This document shows positions 31,396 to 42,232 of a DNA stretch of 64,000 nucleotides, one piece after another. A program made the position numbers and the translations under genes. The DNA comes from Alphaproteobacteria bacterium (GTDB lineage: Bacteria; Pseudomonadota; Alphaproteobacteria; JAAXGF01): positions 1,792,001-1,856,000 of the forward strand of contig CAUVXB020000002.1 of assembly GCA_963555825.3 (NCBI GenBank). Direction: 5' to 3'. A model generated the notes under the pieces. It was not told the origin of the DNA. It worked only from the letters and a program-made list of their open reading frames with translations, and searched no databases. The first letter of the stretch is position 1; each line of letters starts with the position of its first letter.

Positions 31396-31941
31396 TTAGG
31401 GCGCGCCTTCCAGCGGGTAGCTCGCTTCGACGCGGTGGACCGCGCCGGCGGCGCCCAGGTGGCTCGAATAGAGCTGGAACGCGGTGACCGGGAAATCTTC
31501 GGTCGCGAATGCACCGTTGAGCGCCAGGTAGTCGCGCACCCGGGCGAGCGGCGCCTGCTTGAGCCGGGCGAGCGTCACATGGGGCGCGAACCCGCGGCGG
31601 TCGGGCGCGACGCCCAGCTGCCGGAGCCGCGCCTCGATCCGATCGTGCAGGCGGCCGGGCGCAGCGCCGTCGTTCACGCCGGCCCACAAGACGCGCGGCG
31701 CACCGCGTGGCGGGAAATGGCCGACGCCGACGAACGCGAGGCGAAAGGCCGGCGCCTCGACATCGCCGAGCGCCTCGACGATCTCGTCGTAAAGCGCGCC
31801 CTCGACCGCGCCGATGAAGCGCAGCGTCAGGTGGAACTGCTCGGGCGCGACCCACTTGGCGCCGGGCACGCCGTGGCTGAGGCGGGCCAGCGCGTCGCGG
31901 ACCGGCGCGGACGGGTCGATGGCAACGAAGAGGCGCGGCAT
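31396..31941 (-). CDS. thpR: RNA 2',3'-cyclic phosphodiesterase
   Basis: RLFVAI, FHLTLRFIG, PHVTLAR (two HxT motifs). Confidence 0.93.
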   Translation of the reverse strand: MPRLFVAIDPSAPVRDALARLSHGVPGAKWVAPEQFHLTLRFIGAVEGALYDEIVEALGDVEAPAFRLAFVGVGHFPPRGAPRVLWAGVNDGAAPGRLHDRIEARLRQLGVAPDRRGFAPHVTLARLKQAPLARVRDYLALNGAFATEDFPVTAFQLYSSHLGAAGAVHRVEASYPLEGAP

Positions 31942-31969
31942 GGGCGGCGACCATTGAAGGAGGTTGACG

Positions 31970-32168
31970 TTAGAGCACAATCCGATCGATTGAAATCGGT
32001 CCGATTATGCCAACCCGCGCCAATCTTATCCCAACAAGAGGGGGGCCGCCGACCGTTCGGCCAATTCTTGTGGGATAAAGAATGGCCTTATGGGATAAAG
32101 AGTGGCATGCGCGGCGATTGAGCGCAGGTCGGCTTTACGCGCGTAAAGATGACCGCACAATGAACTAG
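31970..32168 (-). repeat. Structured TAG-anchored repeat copy 3
   Basis: Reverse-complement copy starting at the TraB-family stop (CTAG) and ending TGCTCTA. Confidence 0.85.
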
Positions 32169-33100
32169 TAGACGCGGCTGACGGTGTAGCCGCGTTGCTC
32201 GAGGAGGCGCAACATGCCGCGCTCGCCCGGCAGGTGCATGGCGCCGACCGCGACGAAGGCGGCGCCCTCGTCGAGCCGCGCGATCATGCGCTCGGTCATG
32301 CGCAGATTGCGGAAGTCGATCAGCCGTTCCATCATCGATTCAACGACAGCGCGCTCGATATTCCACGACGGCGACATCATGAGGTCGTAGATCGAAGCGA
32401 TGTCGCGCGCCAGATAGAGGCGCGTCATAGTCTCGAGCATCGCTTCGACCTCGGCGCGGTTGTGGACCGCCGAGGCGAGCAGGGCGATGTGCTCTTGCTC
32501 GGTGAAGCCGGCCACCGAATCGAGCTGTTCGTCGATCGTTTCGAGGCCATAGACCGGCTTGCCGCGGCGCATCGCATCGGCCTGCAGCGCTTGGTCGAGC
32601 GGCATCCCCGACGCCGCCTTCATCTCTTCGGGCGGCAGGCCGAGCAACAACCACATTGCCCAGGGCTTCATATGCCTGACCACGTCGCGCTTCAGGCCAT
32701 AGGGCGCGGCGGCGTCGACCACGCGGGCGAACAGCGCGTCGCCGAGGATATCGTCGAGCTTCGGCCCCTCGATGATCATCATGCGCCCCATGGTGCGCAC
32801 CTTCGAGGCGGCGTTCAGCAGCACCTCGATCGAGAGCGACCCGGTCGCGTCGATGGCGTCGGCGACCGGCCCGGGCAGCGTGGTGACGCGCGTATCGCGC
32901 AAGTGGATGGTGCCGAACAGATAACTCGGCGCAGCGCCGCCGCCCTCGATCTTCCACAACAGGCCGAAGCCGTGGAGCAGCGCCTCGGCGCGCACCGCCG
33001 GCTGCGGCAGGGCGAGCGCCAGGACGAGCGCCAGGACGAGCGCCAGCCACAGCGCGACCCGCGGCAACCGGCCCTTTAACCCGTTCGCCGCGATGCCCAT
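32165..33100 (-). CDS. TraB/GumN family protein
   Basis: Signal peptide; LLWKI...SYLFGTIH, GLETIDEQ, RN, FVAVGAMHLPG. Confidence 0.92.
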   Translation of the reverse strand: MGIAANGLKGRLPRVALWLALVLALVLALALPQPAVRAEALLHGFGLLWKIEGGGAAPSYLFGTIHLRDTRVTTLPGPVADAIDATGSLSIEVLLNAASKVRTMGRMMIIEGPKLDDILGDALFARVVDAAAPYGLKRDVVRHMKPWAMWLLLGLPPEEMKAASGMPLDQALQADAMRRGKPVYGLETIDEQLDSVAGFTEQEHIALLASAVHNRAEVEAMLETMTRLYLARDIASIYDLMMSPSWNIERAVVESMMERLIDFRNLRMTERMIARLDEGAAFVAVGAMHLPGERGMLRLLEQRGYTVSRVY

Positions 33101-33101
33101 C

Positions 33102-33756
33102 TCAGGAGGCTCCGGCGCGTGCGACCAGCCGCTTGACGTAGGGCAGCATGCGCTCGACGATGACCGCGACGCCTTTGGCGTTGGGATGGACGCCGTCGGG
33201 CTGGTTGAGGCTGGGTCTGAGCGCGACGCCATCCAGGAAGAACGGGTAGAAGTCGACACCATGCCGTTTTGCAAGCGTAGGGAAGACACCGTTGAACAGG
33301 GCGCCATAGTCGCGCCCCAGGTTGGGCGGCGCGTACATGCCGGTCAGCAGCACCGTGACGCGCGCGGCGCCGAGCCGCTTGAGGATCGCGTCGAGGTTGG
33401 CGTAGGTCGTGCGCGGGTCGATGCCGCGCCGGCCGTCGTTGGCGCCGAGCTCGACGATGACCGCGTCGGGCCGCTCGGCGAGCACCCAGTCGAGACGGCG
33501 CAGGCCGCCCGCCGTGGTGTCGCCCGAAACACCGGCGTTGATCACCTCGGCGGCGACGCCATGGGCGGCGAGCGCGGCCTGGAGGCGCGCCGGAAAGGCG
33601 TCGCGCGTCTTGAGGCCGTAGCCCGCCGTCAGGCTGTCGCCGAGCGCGACGATGCGCGTCGCGCCGGCCGCTCGGGCGGGCAACCAGGGCGCGGCCGTGG
33701 TGGCCAACGCCGCCACGATGACCGCGCGGCGGGTTAATCGACTGGTGTCCGACGTC

Positions 33757-33758
<2 letters not shown>
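33102..33758 (-). CDS. tesA: Arylesterase / acyl-CoA thioesterase I (SGNH)
   Basis: GDSLTAGYG, NAGVSGDTT, ELGAND, DGVHPN; Tat-like TRR leader. Confidence 0.9.
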
Positions 33759-34434
<676 letters not shown>

Positions 34435-34435
34435 C

Positions 34436-36961
34436 GTGGCGGCGACCCTCGGCCTGAGCCTCCGACTCGCCTGGCGCGAACTGCGCGCCGGGGTGCGCGG
34501 CTTCCGCGTCTTCCTCGCTTGTCTCGCGATCGGCGTCGGCGCGATCGCCGCGGTCGGCGCGATCGCCGAGTCGGTCAAGGCGGGGCTTGCCGGACAAGCG
34601 CGCGTCATGCTCGGCGGCGACGTCGACCTCAGGCTTTCGATGCGCCCGGCGGCGGACGCCGAGCGCGCCTATCTCGCCGCCGCCGGGCGGCTGTCGACGA
34701 CGGTCGAGATGCACGCCATGGCGCAGTCGGGACCCCGGGCGACGCCGGCGCTCGTCCATCTCAAGGCGATCGACGGCGCCTATCCGCTGTTCGGCGCCGT
34801 GGAACTTGAGCCCGCGATGCCGCTCGAGACGGCGCTCGAGGTGCGCGACGGCATACCGGGCGCGGTCGCCGAAGCGGGCCTCTTGGGACGCCTCGGCGTC
34901 ACGCTTGGCGACAGCTTGCGCGTCGGCGACGCGACTTTCGAGCTGCGCGCGACGCTGGTCAGCGAGCCCGACCGGCTGGCCATCGGCGTCGGCTTCGGGC
35001 CGCGCCTGATGATCGGGTCGTCCGCGCTCGACGCCACCGGCCTGGTGCAGCCGGGCAGCCTGGTGCGCTACCACTATCGCCTGGCGCTGGCGCCCGGCAC
35101 CGACGTCGGGCGCTGGGTCGAGGCGCTCGGCCGCGACCTTCCGCAGGCCGGCTGGCGCGCGCGCGATACGCGCGAGCCGCAGCCCCGGCTCGACCGCTGG
35201 CTGCGCCGCCTGACCACGCTGCTCACCCTCGTCGGGCTGGCGACGCTGCTGATCGGCGGCCTCGGCGTCGGCGGCGCGACGCGCGCCTATCTCGACGCCA
35301 AGACCGAGACGATCGCGACGCTCAAGTGCCTGGGCGCGTCGCGCCGGACGATCCTCGGCGTCTATCTCGCCGAGGTGCTCGGCCTGGCCGCCGCCGGCAT
35401 CGCGCTGGGGCTGGTGTTCGGCGTGCTCGCGCCGATCCTCGCCGGCCGACTGATCGGCGCATTTCTGCCGATCGAGCTCGCACTCGCCGTCCACCCGGCG
35501 TCGCTTGGCCGCGCCGCGCTGTTCGGGCTGCTGGCGACGCTGGTCTTCGCCGTCTGGCCGCTCGCGCGCGCCGGCGAGGTGCCCGCCGCCAGCTTGTTCC
35601 GCGACCTCGTCGCGCCCGAGCGGACCCGGCCGCCGACCGGCGTGCCGTCGCTCATTGCCGGCCTCGCGCTGGCGCTCGCGGGGCTCGCGATCGTCAGCGT
35701 CGACGACCGTGGATTCGCCGTCTGGTTCATCCTCGGCACGGGCTTCGCGCTGGTCGTGCTGCGCGCCGCGGCGAGCGGCCTGGCGCGCCTCGCCGGCGCC
35801 GTGCCGCGTCCGCGCCGCCCCAGGTTGCGCCTCGCGCTCGCGAACTTGCACCGGCCCGGCGCGACGACCGCGAACGTGGTGGTGGCGCTCGGCATGGGCG
35901 TCACCCTGCTGGTCGCCGTCGCGCTGGTCGCCGGCAACATCACGCGGATGATCGACCAGCGCCTCGCCGAGGGCACGCCGGCCTTCTTCTTCCTCGATAT
36001 CCAACCGGACCAGGCCGCCGCGTTCGATGCCACGGTCGCCGCCATCGCCGGCGACGGGCGCGTCCGGCGCGTGCCGCATCTGCGCGGGCGCATCACGCGG
36101 ATCGACGGCGTGGCCGTCGAGGACGCCGCGATCCATCCCTCGGCGGCCTGGGCGACGAGCAGTGACCGCGGCCTGACCTACGCCGCGACGGCGCCGCCCG
36201 GCAGCCGCCTGGTCGAGGGCGAGTGGTGGCCCGCCGACTACGATGGTCCGCCGCTGATCTCTTTCGACGCGCGGCTCGCCGGCGGCCTCGGCGTCACGGT
36301 CGGCGACACGCTGACGATCAATGTGCTGGGCCGCGACGTCACCGCAGAGATCGCCAACCTACGCGTCATCGACTGGTCGACGCTGGGCATCAACTTCGCC
36401 ATCGTCTTCGCGCCCGGCTCGCTCGAGGGGGCACCCCAGACATTTCTCGCCACGGTCCACGCCGCGCCGGCCGACGAGGATGCGCTGGCGCGCGCGGTGG
36501 CCGAGCGTTTCCCCAACGTCTCGGCGGTCGGGCTGCGCGAGCTGCTCGACGGCGTGCGCCGGGTAATCGGCCAGCTCGGCGCGGCGGCGCGCGCGGTCGC
36601 CGCGGTAACGCTGGCGACCAGCGTCCTGGTCGTCGCCGGCGCGATCGCCGCCGGCCAGCGCCGCCGCGTCTACGACGCCGTTGTGCTCAAGGTGCTCGGC
36701 GCGACGCGCGGCGACGTCGCCAAGGCCTACCTCGCCGAGTTCGCGCTGGTCGGGGTGACCGCCGGGCTGCTCGCCGCCGGGCTCGGCACGCTCGCGGGCT
36801 ACCTGGTGGTCACCCGGGTACTGCACGCCGATTGGCACTTCCTGCCCGGCGCGGTGGCGCTCAACGCGACGCTCTGCCTCGTGCTCGCGCTCGTCATCGG
36901 CTTCGCCGGCACGTGGCGCGCCTTGGGCCGCAACACCGCCGCCGTGCTGCGCCACGCCTGA
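34436..36961 (+). CDS. ybbP: FtsX-like ABC permease
   Basis: RLAWRELRAG, LGGD, two FtsX units (LKCLGA, LKVLGA). Confidence 0.88.
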   Translation: MAATLGLSLRLAWRELRAGVRGFRVFLACLAIGVGAIAAVGAIAESVKAGLAGQARVMLGGDVDLRLSMRPAADAERAYLAAAGRLSTTVEMHAMAQSGPRATPALVHLKAIDGAYPLFGAVELEPAMPLETALEVRDGIPGAVAEAGLLGRLGVTLGDSLRVGDATFELRATLVSEPDRLAIGVGFGPRLMIGSSALDATGLVQPGSLVRYHYRLALAPGTDVGRWVEALGRDLPQAGWRARDTREPQPRLDRWLRRLTTLLTLVGLATLLIGGLGVGGATRAYLDAKTETIATLKCLGASRRTILGVYLAEVLGLAAAGIALGLVFGVLAPILAGRLIGAFLPIELALAVHPASLGRAALFGLLATLVFAVWPLARAGEVPAASLFRDLVAPERTRPPTGVPSLIAGLALALAGLAIVSVDDRGFAVWFILGTGFALVVLRAAASGLARLAGAVPRPRRPRLRLALANLHRPGATTANVVVALGMGVTLLVAVALVAGNITRMIDQRLAEGTPAFFFLDIQPDQAAAFDATVAAIAGDGRVRRVPHLRGRITRIDGVAVEDAAIHPSAAWATSSDRGLTYAATAPPGSRLVEGEWWPADYDGPPLISFDARLAGGLGVTVGDTLTINVLGRDVTAEIANLRVIDWSTLGINFAIVFAPGSLEGAPQTFLATVHAAPADEDALARAVAERFPNVSAVGLRELLDGVRRVIGQLGAAARAVAAVTLATSVLVVAGAIAAGQRRRVYDAVVLKVLGATRGDVAKAYLAEFALVGVTAGLLAAGLGTLAGYLVVTRVLHADWHFLPGAVALNATLCLVLALVIGFAGTWRALGRNTAAVLRHA

Positions 36962-37004
36962 GCCGAAGACCTTGCATTTTTTTCACGAATTCCCACGTCG
37001 ACAC

Positions 37005-37046
37005 TTGAAATGATGTCGATTTATGTGTATATACGCCTATTATGAT
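37005..37046 (+). promoter_or_regulatory. Probable promoter and MarR operator
   Basis: AT-rich TTGAAA...TGTGTATATACGC palindrome; a similar CGTGCAAATACAC lies before the next gene (about 37517-37529). Confidence 0.45.
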
Positions 37047-37061
37047 CGAAGGACACGACCG

Positions 37062-37499
37062 ATGAGCGTCACGACCGACACGCCACAAGCCTGTCTCTGC
37101 TTCAACCTGCGCAAGGCGGCGCGCGCGGTGACACAGCTCTACGATGCCGCGCTCGAGCCGGCCGGCTTGCGCGCGACGCAGTTCTCGCTGCTCGCCGTGC
37201 TCGACGGGCGCGACGCCGTGACGATCACCGATCTCGCCCGCGCCATGGTCATGGACCGCACGACGCTGACGCGCAACCTCGGCCCGATCGAGAAGCGGGG
37301 CCTGGTCGCGATCGCGCCGGGCGACGACCGCCGGACGCGCGAGGTTAGCCTGACGCGGCGCGGCCGCCAGACACTGACGCGCGCGACGCCGCGCTGGCGC
37401 CATGCCCAGACCCGCATGCTCGACACCCTGGGCGACCGCCGCGCGCGGCATCTGCTGGGCGAACTGTCCGACACCGTCGACGCGGCCCGCGGCCCGTGA
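37062..37499 (+). CDS. MarR family transcriptional regulator
   Basis: CLCFNLRKAAR, MDRTTLTRNL, DRR...LT..G. Confidence 0.92.
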   Translation: MSVTTDTPQACLCFNLRKAARAVTQLYDAALEPAGLRATQFSLLAVLDGRDAVTITDLARAMVMDRTTLTRNLGPIEKRGLVAIAPGDDRRTREVSLTRRGRQTLTRATPRWRHAQTRMLDTLGDRRARHLLGELSDTVDAARGP

Positions 37500-37550
37500 G
37501 TTTTTTTGATTGAATACGTGCAAATACACTCAAATGAAGGAGCCCGACCA

Positions 37551-38225
37551 ATGACCGATCTCGCCGTTGCCAACGACGCCGCCTGGAGCGCCTCCGCGAA
37601 GACCCGCATGGGCCTTCTTTTGGCGCTCTGGTTCGCGCTCGCCGCGCTGATCGGCGTGACCGGCGCCGTCGCCGCGGGCCCCGATACGCTGTTCCGCCCG
37701 ATCGCGCTGACCATGGTCGTGCCCGTCCTGGCCTTCGTCGCGCTCTATCTGGGCTCGGCGACATTTCGTGGTTTCGTACTCGGCCGCGACCTGCGCTTCG
37801 TCACGCTGTTGCAGTCCTGGCGCGTCGTCGGCTTCGCCTTCCTGCCGCTCTATTTCTTCGGCGTGCTGCCCGGCCTGTTCGCCTGGCCGGCGGGCGTCGG
37901 CGACGTCTTGGTTGGCCTGGGCGCGCCCTGGGCCGTTTTCGCGCTCTTGCGCGACCCGGCGTTCGCGACGAGCCGCGCCTTCGTCGTCTGGAACGTCCTG
38001 GGCCTCGCCGATTTCATCGTCGCCGGCGCGACCGCGGTGCTCGCCTCGGGCGCGATCCCGGGCCTCGTCGCCGGCGGCGTGACCAGCGCGCCGATGGAGC
38101 TATGGCCGCTCATGCTGTTCCCGAGTTTCCTCGTGCCGCTGTTCGCCATCGCACATCTGACGGCGCTGTTCCAGGTCCGCGCGCTGCGTCGCGCGGGCCG
38201 CGTCGCGGAACGGCGAACCGGTTGA
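37551..38225 (+). CDS. Hypothetical membrane protein
   Basis: Several TM helices; GD...WN..GLAD...P..LFPSFLVP. Confidence 0.75.
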   Translation: MTDLAVANDAAWSASAKTRMGLLLALWFALAALIGVTGAVAAGPDTLFRPIALTMVVPVLAFVALYLGSATFRGFVLGRDLRFVTLLQSWRVVGFAFLPLYFFGVLPGLFAWPAGVGDVLVGLGAPWAVFALLRDPAFATSRAFVVWNVLGLADFIVAGATAVLASGAIPGLVAGGVTSAPMELWPLMLFPSFLVPLFAIAHLTALFQVRALRRAGRVAERRTG

Positions 38226-38291
38226 ATCCGCGGGCCCTCGCGCCTATATAGGGTGCAAGATTCAAGGCAACCACGGATACGGAGTGCTCAA

Positions 38292-39011
38292 ATGGCATTC
38301 GGCAATCAGCGGAACACGGCGACGGTGGCGCGCAGCGTCGATCGCGCGGTCATCGACGAAGGCCTGCGCGCCTATATGCTCCGCGTATACAACTACATGG
38401 CCTCGGCGCTGGCGCTGACCGGCGTCGTCGCCTACGGCGTGGCGAGCACGCCGACGCTGTTCAACGCGATCTACGGTACGCCGCTGATGTGGGTCGTGAT
38501 GCTCGCGCCGCTCGGCCTCGTCTTCCTGTTGAGCGCGCGCGTCGCCAAGATGAGCGTCGGCGCGGCACAGACTACCTTCTGGGTCTTCGCGACACTGATG
38601 GGCGCCTCGCTGGCATACATCTTCATCATCTACACCCAGACGAGCATCGCGCGCGTGTTCTTCATCACCGCGGGCACGTTCGGCGCGATGAGCCTCTACG
38701 GCTACACGACCAAGAAGGACCTCACCGGCTGGGGCTCGTTCCTGATGATGGGGTTGATCGGCATCATCATCGCCTCGATTGTCAATATCTTCCTGGCCTC
38801 ATCGGCGTTGCACTTCGCGATCTCGGCGATCGGCGTGCTGGTGTTCGTCGGCCTGACCGCCTACGACACGCAGAGGATCAAGGAATCCTATGACGTCGGC
38901 GACTCCGGCGCGTTGGCGAGCAAGAAGGCGATCATGGGCGCGCTGAGGCTCTACCTCGACTTCATCAACCTGTTCCTCATGATGCTGCGGCTGTTCGGCA
39001 ACCGCAACTGA
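38292..39011 (+). CDS. Bax inhibitor-1/YccA family membrane protein
   Basis: GLRAYMLRVYNYM, YGYTTKKDL, AYDTQRIK, LYLDFINLF. Confidence 0.95.
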   Translation: MAFGNQRNTATVARSVDRAVIDEGLRAYMLRVYNYMASALALTGVVAYGVASTPTLFNAIYGTPLMWVVMLAPLGLVFLLSARVAKMSVGAAQTTFWVFATLMGASLAYIFIIYTQTSIARVFFITAGTFGAMSLYGYTTKKDLTGWGSFLMMGLIGIIIASIVNIFLASSALHFAISAIGVLVFVGLTAYDTQRIKESYDVGDSGALASKKAIMGALRLYLDFINLFLMMLRLFGNRN

Positions 39012-39035
39012 CGCGGCGCGAGCCGATTTGCGAAG

Positions 39036-39063
39036 GCGCCCGGCTCCGGCCGGGCGCTTTCTT
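39036..39063 (+). terminator. Rho-independent terminator
   Basis: GCGCCCGGC-TCCG-GCCGGGCGC followed by TTTCTT. Confidence 0.7.
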
Positions 39064-39068
39064 CAATC

Positions 39069-39093
39069 ATTAATGGGGTCAGACACCATTAAT
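39069..39093. repeat. Single GGGGTCAGAC-type palindrome
   Basis: ATTAATGGGGTCAGACACCATTAAT. Confidence 0.7.
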
Positions 39094-39128
39094 GGGCGAT
39101 ACGGTCGTTCGGCGGTTCCGCCGGTCGA

Positions 39129-39872
39129 CTACTGGCTGAGCGTCAGGGTGCCGTTGCGCACTTCGTAGCCGTCGAGGCGGCCGAGGAAGGTCATGCCGAG
39201 AAGCGAGCCCGCCATCGGCGCCTGGTTGACCGAGGCGACGACGTCGGTGAGCCGGATCGGGCCGAGTACGATCTCGCGCAGCCGTACCGGCGCGCCGCGC
39301 ACCGTGCCGTTGGCGGTCGAATAGAGCCGGGTGTAGGCCAGGCCATCGACGTCGAAGCCCAGGCGGTTCGCGTCGGCGCGGCTCAGTACGACCTCGCTCG
39401 CGCCGGTGTCGACCAGAAAGCGCAAGCTCACGCCGTCGACCAGCGCCTCGACGTGGAATTGCCCGTCCATGCCGGCGCGGAAGGCGATCTTGCCGGCGCC
39501 GGTCTCGACGCCGCGGAACGGCATGATCTCGCCCACCACGCGCGCGCCGAGCGCGGTGAGCTCGAAGCGGTAGCTGTAGCCGACGACCAAGACCAGCGCG
39601 ACGCCGACCCAGGCGGCGACCTGCTTGGCCGTGTCGCCAAGGCGCCGACGCCGGCCCGCGACCACGCCGCTCGAGACCAGCGCGAGCAGGCCGACCAGAT
39701 AGACCATGTGCATCCAGCCGTCTTCGCCGGCGAGCGCGTCGGGGAAGCGCCAAGCCAGCAAACCGATCAGCGCGACGACGCCGGCGAGCAAGGCGAGCCA
39801 CAGCCAGCCGCCGCCCCGGCGTCCGCCGCCGTCGCCGTCCGGCTCGTCCCAGGGACCGGGATCGCCGCTCAT
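39129..39872 (-). CDS. Clan AA aspartic protease (TIGR02281-type), membrane anchored
   Basis: FLVDTGAS, TANG, SLLGMTFL. Confidence 0.92.
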   Translation of the reverse strand: MSGDPGPWDEPDGDGGGRRGGGWLWLALLAGVVALIGLLAWRFPDALAGEDGWMHMVYLVGLLALVSSGVVAGRRRRLGDTAKQVAAWVGVALVLVVGYSYRFELTALGARVVGEIMPFRGVETGAGKIAFRAGMDGQFHVEALVDGVSLRFLVDTGASEVVLSRADANRLGFDVDGLAYTRLYSTANGTVRGAPVRLREIVLGPIRLTDVVASVNQAPMAGSLLGMTFLGRLDGYEVRNGTLTLSQ

Positions 39873-41011
39873 GCCGCGCCCGCCCCGTCGCGCAGCTCGA
39901 GCAGGCGGTAGACGGCGCGCCACAGCGCGAACTTGCCGAACGCACCCGGCTCGGCGCCGACGTGGCCGAAGCCGTCGACCAAAAACAGATCGGCGCGGCC
40001 GCCCGCCGCGGCGGCCAGCGCTCGGCTCTCGCTCGCCGGGATGATGTCGTCCTCGACGCCGTGCACCAGGATGAGCCGGGCGCCGAGCGCACCGAGATCG
40101 CGCGCCGCCAGGTCGAGCGCCGCGATCTCGGCGCGGATGCCGTCGGGCAGGCCGGCGATCAGCCCGGCCACGCGCGCCGGGTCGGTGTTCTCCAACAGCG
40201 CAAGGACCGCGCGGCCCTCTGCGCCAAGCCGCGCCGTCAGGTCGCCGACGTCGGCGTCGCGGCGGATCAACTTGCGCCGCGCCATCTCGCCCAATGCGGC
40301 GCGGTCGGCGGCGTCGCGCAGCAGGTCCAGGTTGCTCTTGACGAAGACCCACTTGCCATAGTCGTTGGGCGCGCGGTGCCGCCACGCCCCGCCCGGCGCG
40401 TCACGGTAGTAGCCGGTGGTGAAGAAGGTGACGACGGCCTCGATGTCGTGATAGCCGCCGATGCCGACGAAGAAGTCGAGGCGCTCACGCAGGTCGGGCT
40501 CCAGCGCCGCGATCAGCGCCGGCCCGACCGCGTACGAGATCGCCGCGATGCCGATCGGTCCTTGGTTTTCGGGCCCGCGGGCCACGGCCAGATAGGCGAC
40601 CGCGTCGGCGATTTCGCGCGCATCGCCGGCGCGCACCTTGAGGGCGCGCAGCGCGCCGACATCGGGCACCAGCACAAGGAAACGCGCGCGCGCGAGCGTC
40701 TTTGCGAAGGCGACCAGGCGGCGGTCGTCCTTGCCGGCCTCGGCGACGCCCGGCACCAGCACGATGGCGGCGCGCGCCGCCTCGCCCGGCCGGTAGAGAT
40801 CGCCGTCATGCGCCCGGCCGGCGATTTGGTAGGCGACCGGCGTGCGGCTCGGCGCCGGCGTCGCGGCCTTGAGGTCGCTCGGACCGTCGACTGCGGCGAT
40901 GTCGCCGAGCACCCGCGCCGCCTCGAGACCGCGCGGCAACGCACAGCCCATAAGCCCGACGACGAGCGCTGCAACGAGCGGGATGTCACGCGCCCGGCGA
41001 GCCGCTACCAT
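39869..41011 (-). CDS. Alpha/beta hydrolase-fold protein
   Basis: AISYA nucleophile region, LVHGVEDDIIP, GHV. Confidence 0.75.
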   Translation of the reverse strand: MVAARRARDIPLVAALVVGLMGCALPRGLEAARVLGDIAAVDGPSDLKAATPAPSRTPVAYQIAGRAHDGDLYRPGEAARAAIVLVPGVAEAGKDDRRLVAFAKTLARARFLVLVPDVGALRALKVRAGDAREIADAVAYLAVARGPENQGPIGIAAISYAVGPALIAALEPDLRERLDFFVGIGGYHDIEAVVTFFTTGYYRDAPGGAWRHRAPNDYGKWVFVKSNLDLLRDAADRAALGEMARRKLIRRDADVGDLTARLGAEGRAVLALLENTDPARVAGLIAGLPDGIRAEIAALDLAARDLGALGARLILVHGVEDDIIPASESRALAAAAGGRADLFLVDGFGHVGAEPGAFGKFALWRAVYRLLELRDGAGAA

Positions 41012-41069
41012 GCGTGCGTTCCCGCCGGAGCCGTCAACTGGTTCGTCCGAAGGTCGGTGTGCAATGCCC

Positions 41070-41336
41070 AGTACTCCCTTGCACGATTCCACGGCACGTA
41101 GGATCGCGTTTCCCGTTTCCTCGGCAGTCGGGGGCGTGACGGCGATGCCGTGGCATCGCAGAGCGTTCCCGACGCCCCGAGGGGACGGGAAACGCGACCC
41201 GCAGGGCGGCCTTGCGCGGCCGCCGGCGGCGTTGCCCGGCACTTGTGATGCGTCCAGCATCACGGCGCGCCGGGCGCCTTGCCGGACGACCGCGCAAGGC
41301 CGTCCTACGTACCGTGGAATCGTGCAAGTGAGTACT
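41070..41336. other. 267-nt structured element (MITE-like or ncRNA): 34-bp terminal IR enclosing two long hairpins
   Basis: AGTACTCCCTTGCACGATTCCACGGCACGTAGGA / TCCTACGTACCGTGGAATCGTGCAAGTGAGTACT (32/34); hairpins at about 41101-41200 and 41203-41306. Confidence 0.8.
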
Positions 41337-42149
41337 ACGTCCGTCCGATCCGTCATCCATGCCGTCACGCGCTGGACGCTCTGTGCCTGTCTCCTGCTCC
41401 TCGCCCAGTGCCGCATGATGTACTTCCCCGACGCGCAAGTGCCGGTGCCCGAACGCGCCGGCGTGCCCGAGATGGCGGCGGTCGAGCTGACCACCGTCGA
41501 CGGCCTCGACCTCCTCGCCTGGTACCGTGCGCCGCCGCAATCGGCGCCGACGGTCGTCTTCTTCCACGGCAACGCCGGGCACATTGGCCACCGCGCCCGC
41601 AAGGTGCGGCCCTTGCTCGACGCCGGCTTCGGCGTGCTACTCGTCTCGTGGCGCGGCTACGGCGGCAATCCGGGCAGCCCCACCGAGCAGGGACTCTACC
41701 ATGACGCGCGCGCCGCGCTCAGCTTCCTCGCCGACGCCGGGGTGCCGTCGTCGCGCGTCGTGCTCTACGGCGAATCGCTCGGCACCGGGCCGGCGGTTCA
41801 GCTCGCCACCGAGCGACCGGTGGCCGCGGTCGTGCTCGAGGCGCCGTTCACCTCGGTCGCCGAGGTGGCGCAGCGCCACTACTGGTTCCTGCCGGCACGC
41901 CACCTGGTGATCGATCGGTTCGATTCGCTCTCCAAGATCACGCGTATCGGCGCGCCGCTTCTCATCGTCCACGGCGAAAAGGACCGCGTCGTGTCGGTCG
42001 AGATGGGCCGCGCGCTGCTCGCTGCGGCGCGCGAGCCGAAGGAGGCGGTATTTGTCCCCGACGCCGGGCACAACGATCTCTACGACCATGGTGTGGCGGA
42101 CGCCGTGATCGCGTTCGTCGAGCGGACGGTCGGGCCCGTGCACGAGTGA
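41328..42149 (+). CDS. Alpha/beta hydrolase (ABHD13/Bem46-like)
   Basis: FHGNAG, YGESLG, HGEKD, GHND; start uncertain. Confidence 0.88.
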   Translation: MSTTSVRSVIHAVTRWTLCACLLLLAQCRMMYFPDAQVPVPERAGVPEMAAVELTTVDGLDLLAWYRAPPQSAPTVVFFHGNAGHIGHRARKVRPLLDAGFGVLLVSWRGYGGNPGSPTEQGLYHDARAALSFLADAGVPSSRVVLYGESLGTGPAVQLATERPVAAVVLEAPFTSVAEVAQRHYWFLPARHLVIDRFDSLSKITRIGAPLLIVHGEKDRVVSVEMGRALLAAAREPKEAVFVPDAGHNDLYDHGVADAVIAFVERTVGPVHE

Positions 42150-42232
42150 GTCGCGAGCGGGATGCCAAGCGCGCGGCGCCGGGCTATCATGGCGCGCGAC
42201 CGCGGTGCCCGCACGACGTTCGATAGGGATTT

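Noticed and set aside
41070-41336. Identification as 6S RNA, SRP RNA or tRNA
   Set aside because: Size, branched shape and gene context do not fit, and no SRP or tRNA motifs are visible; kept as an unknown element.
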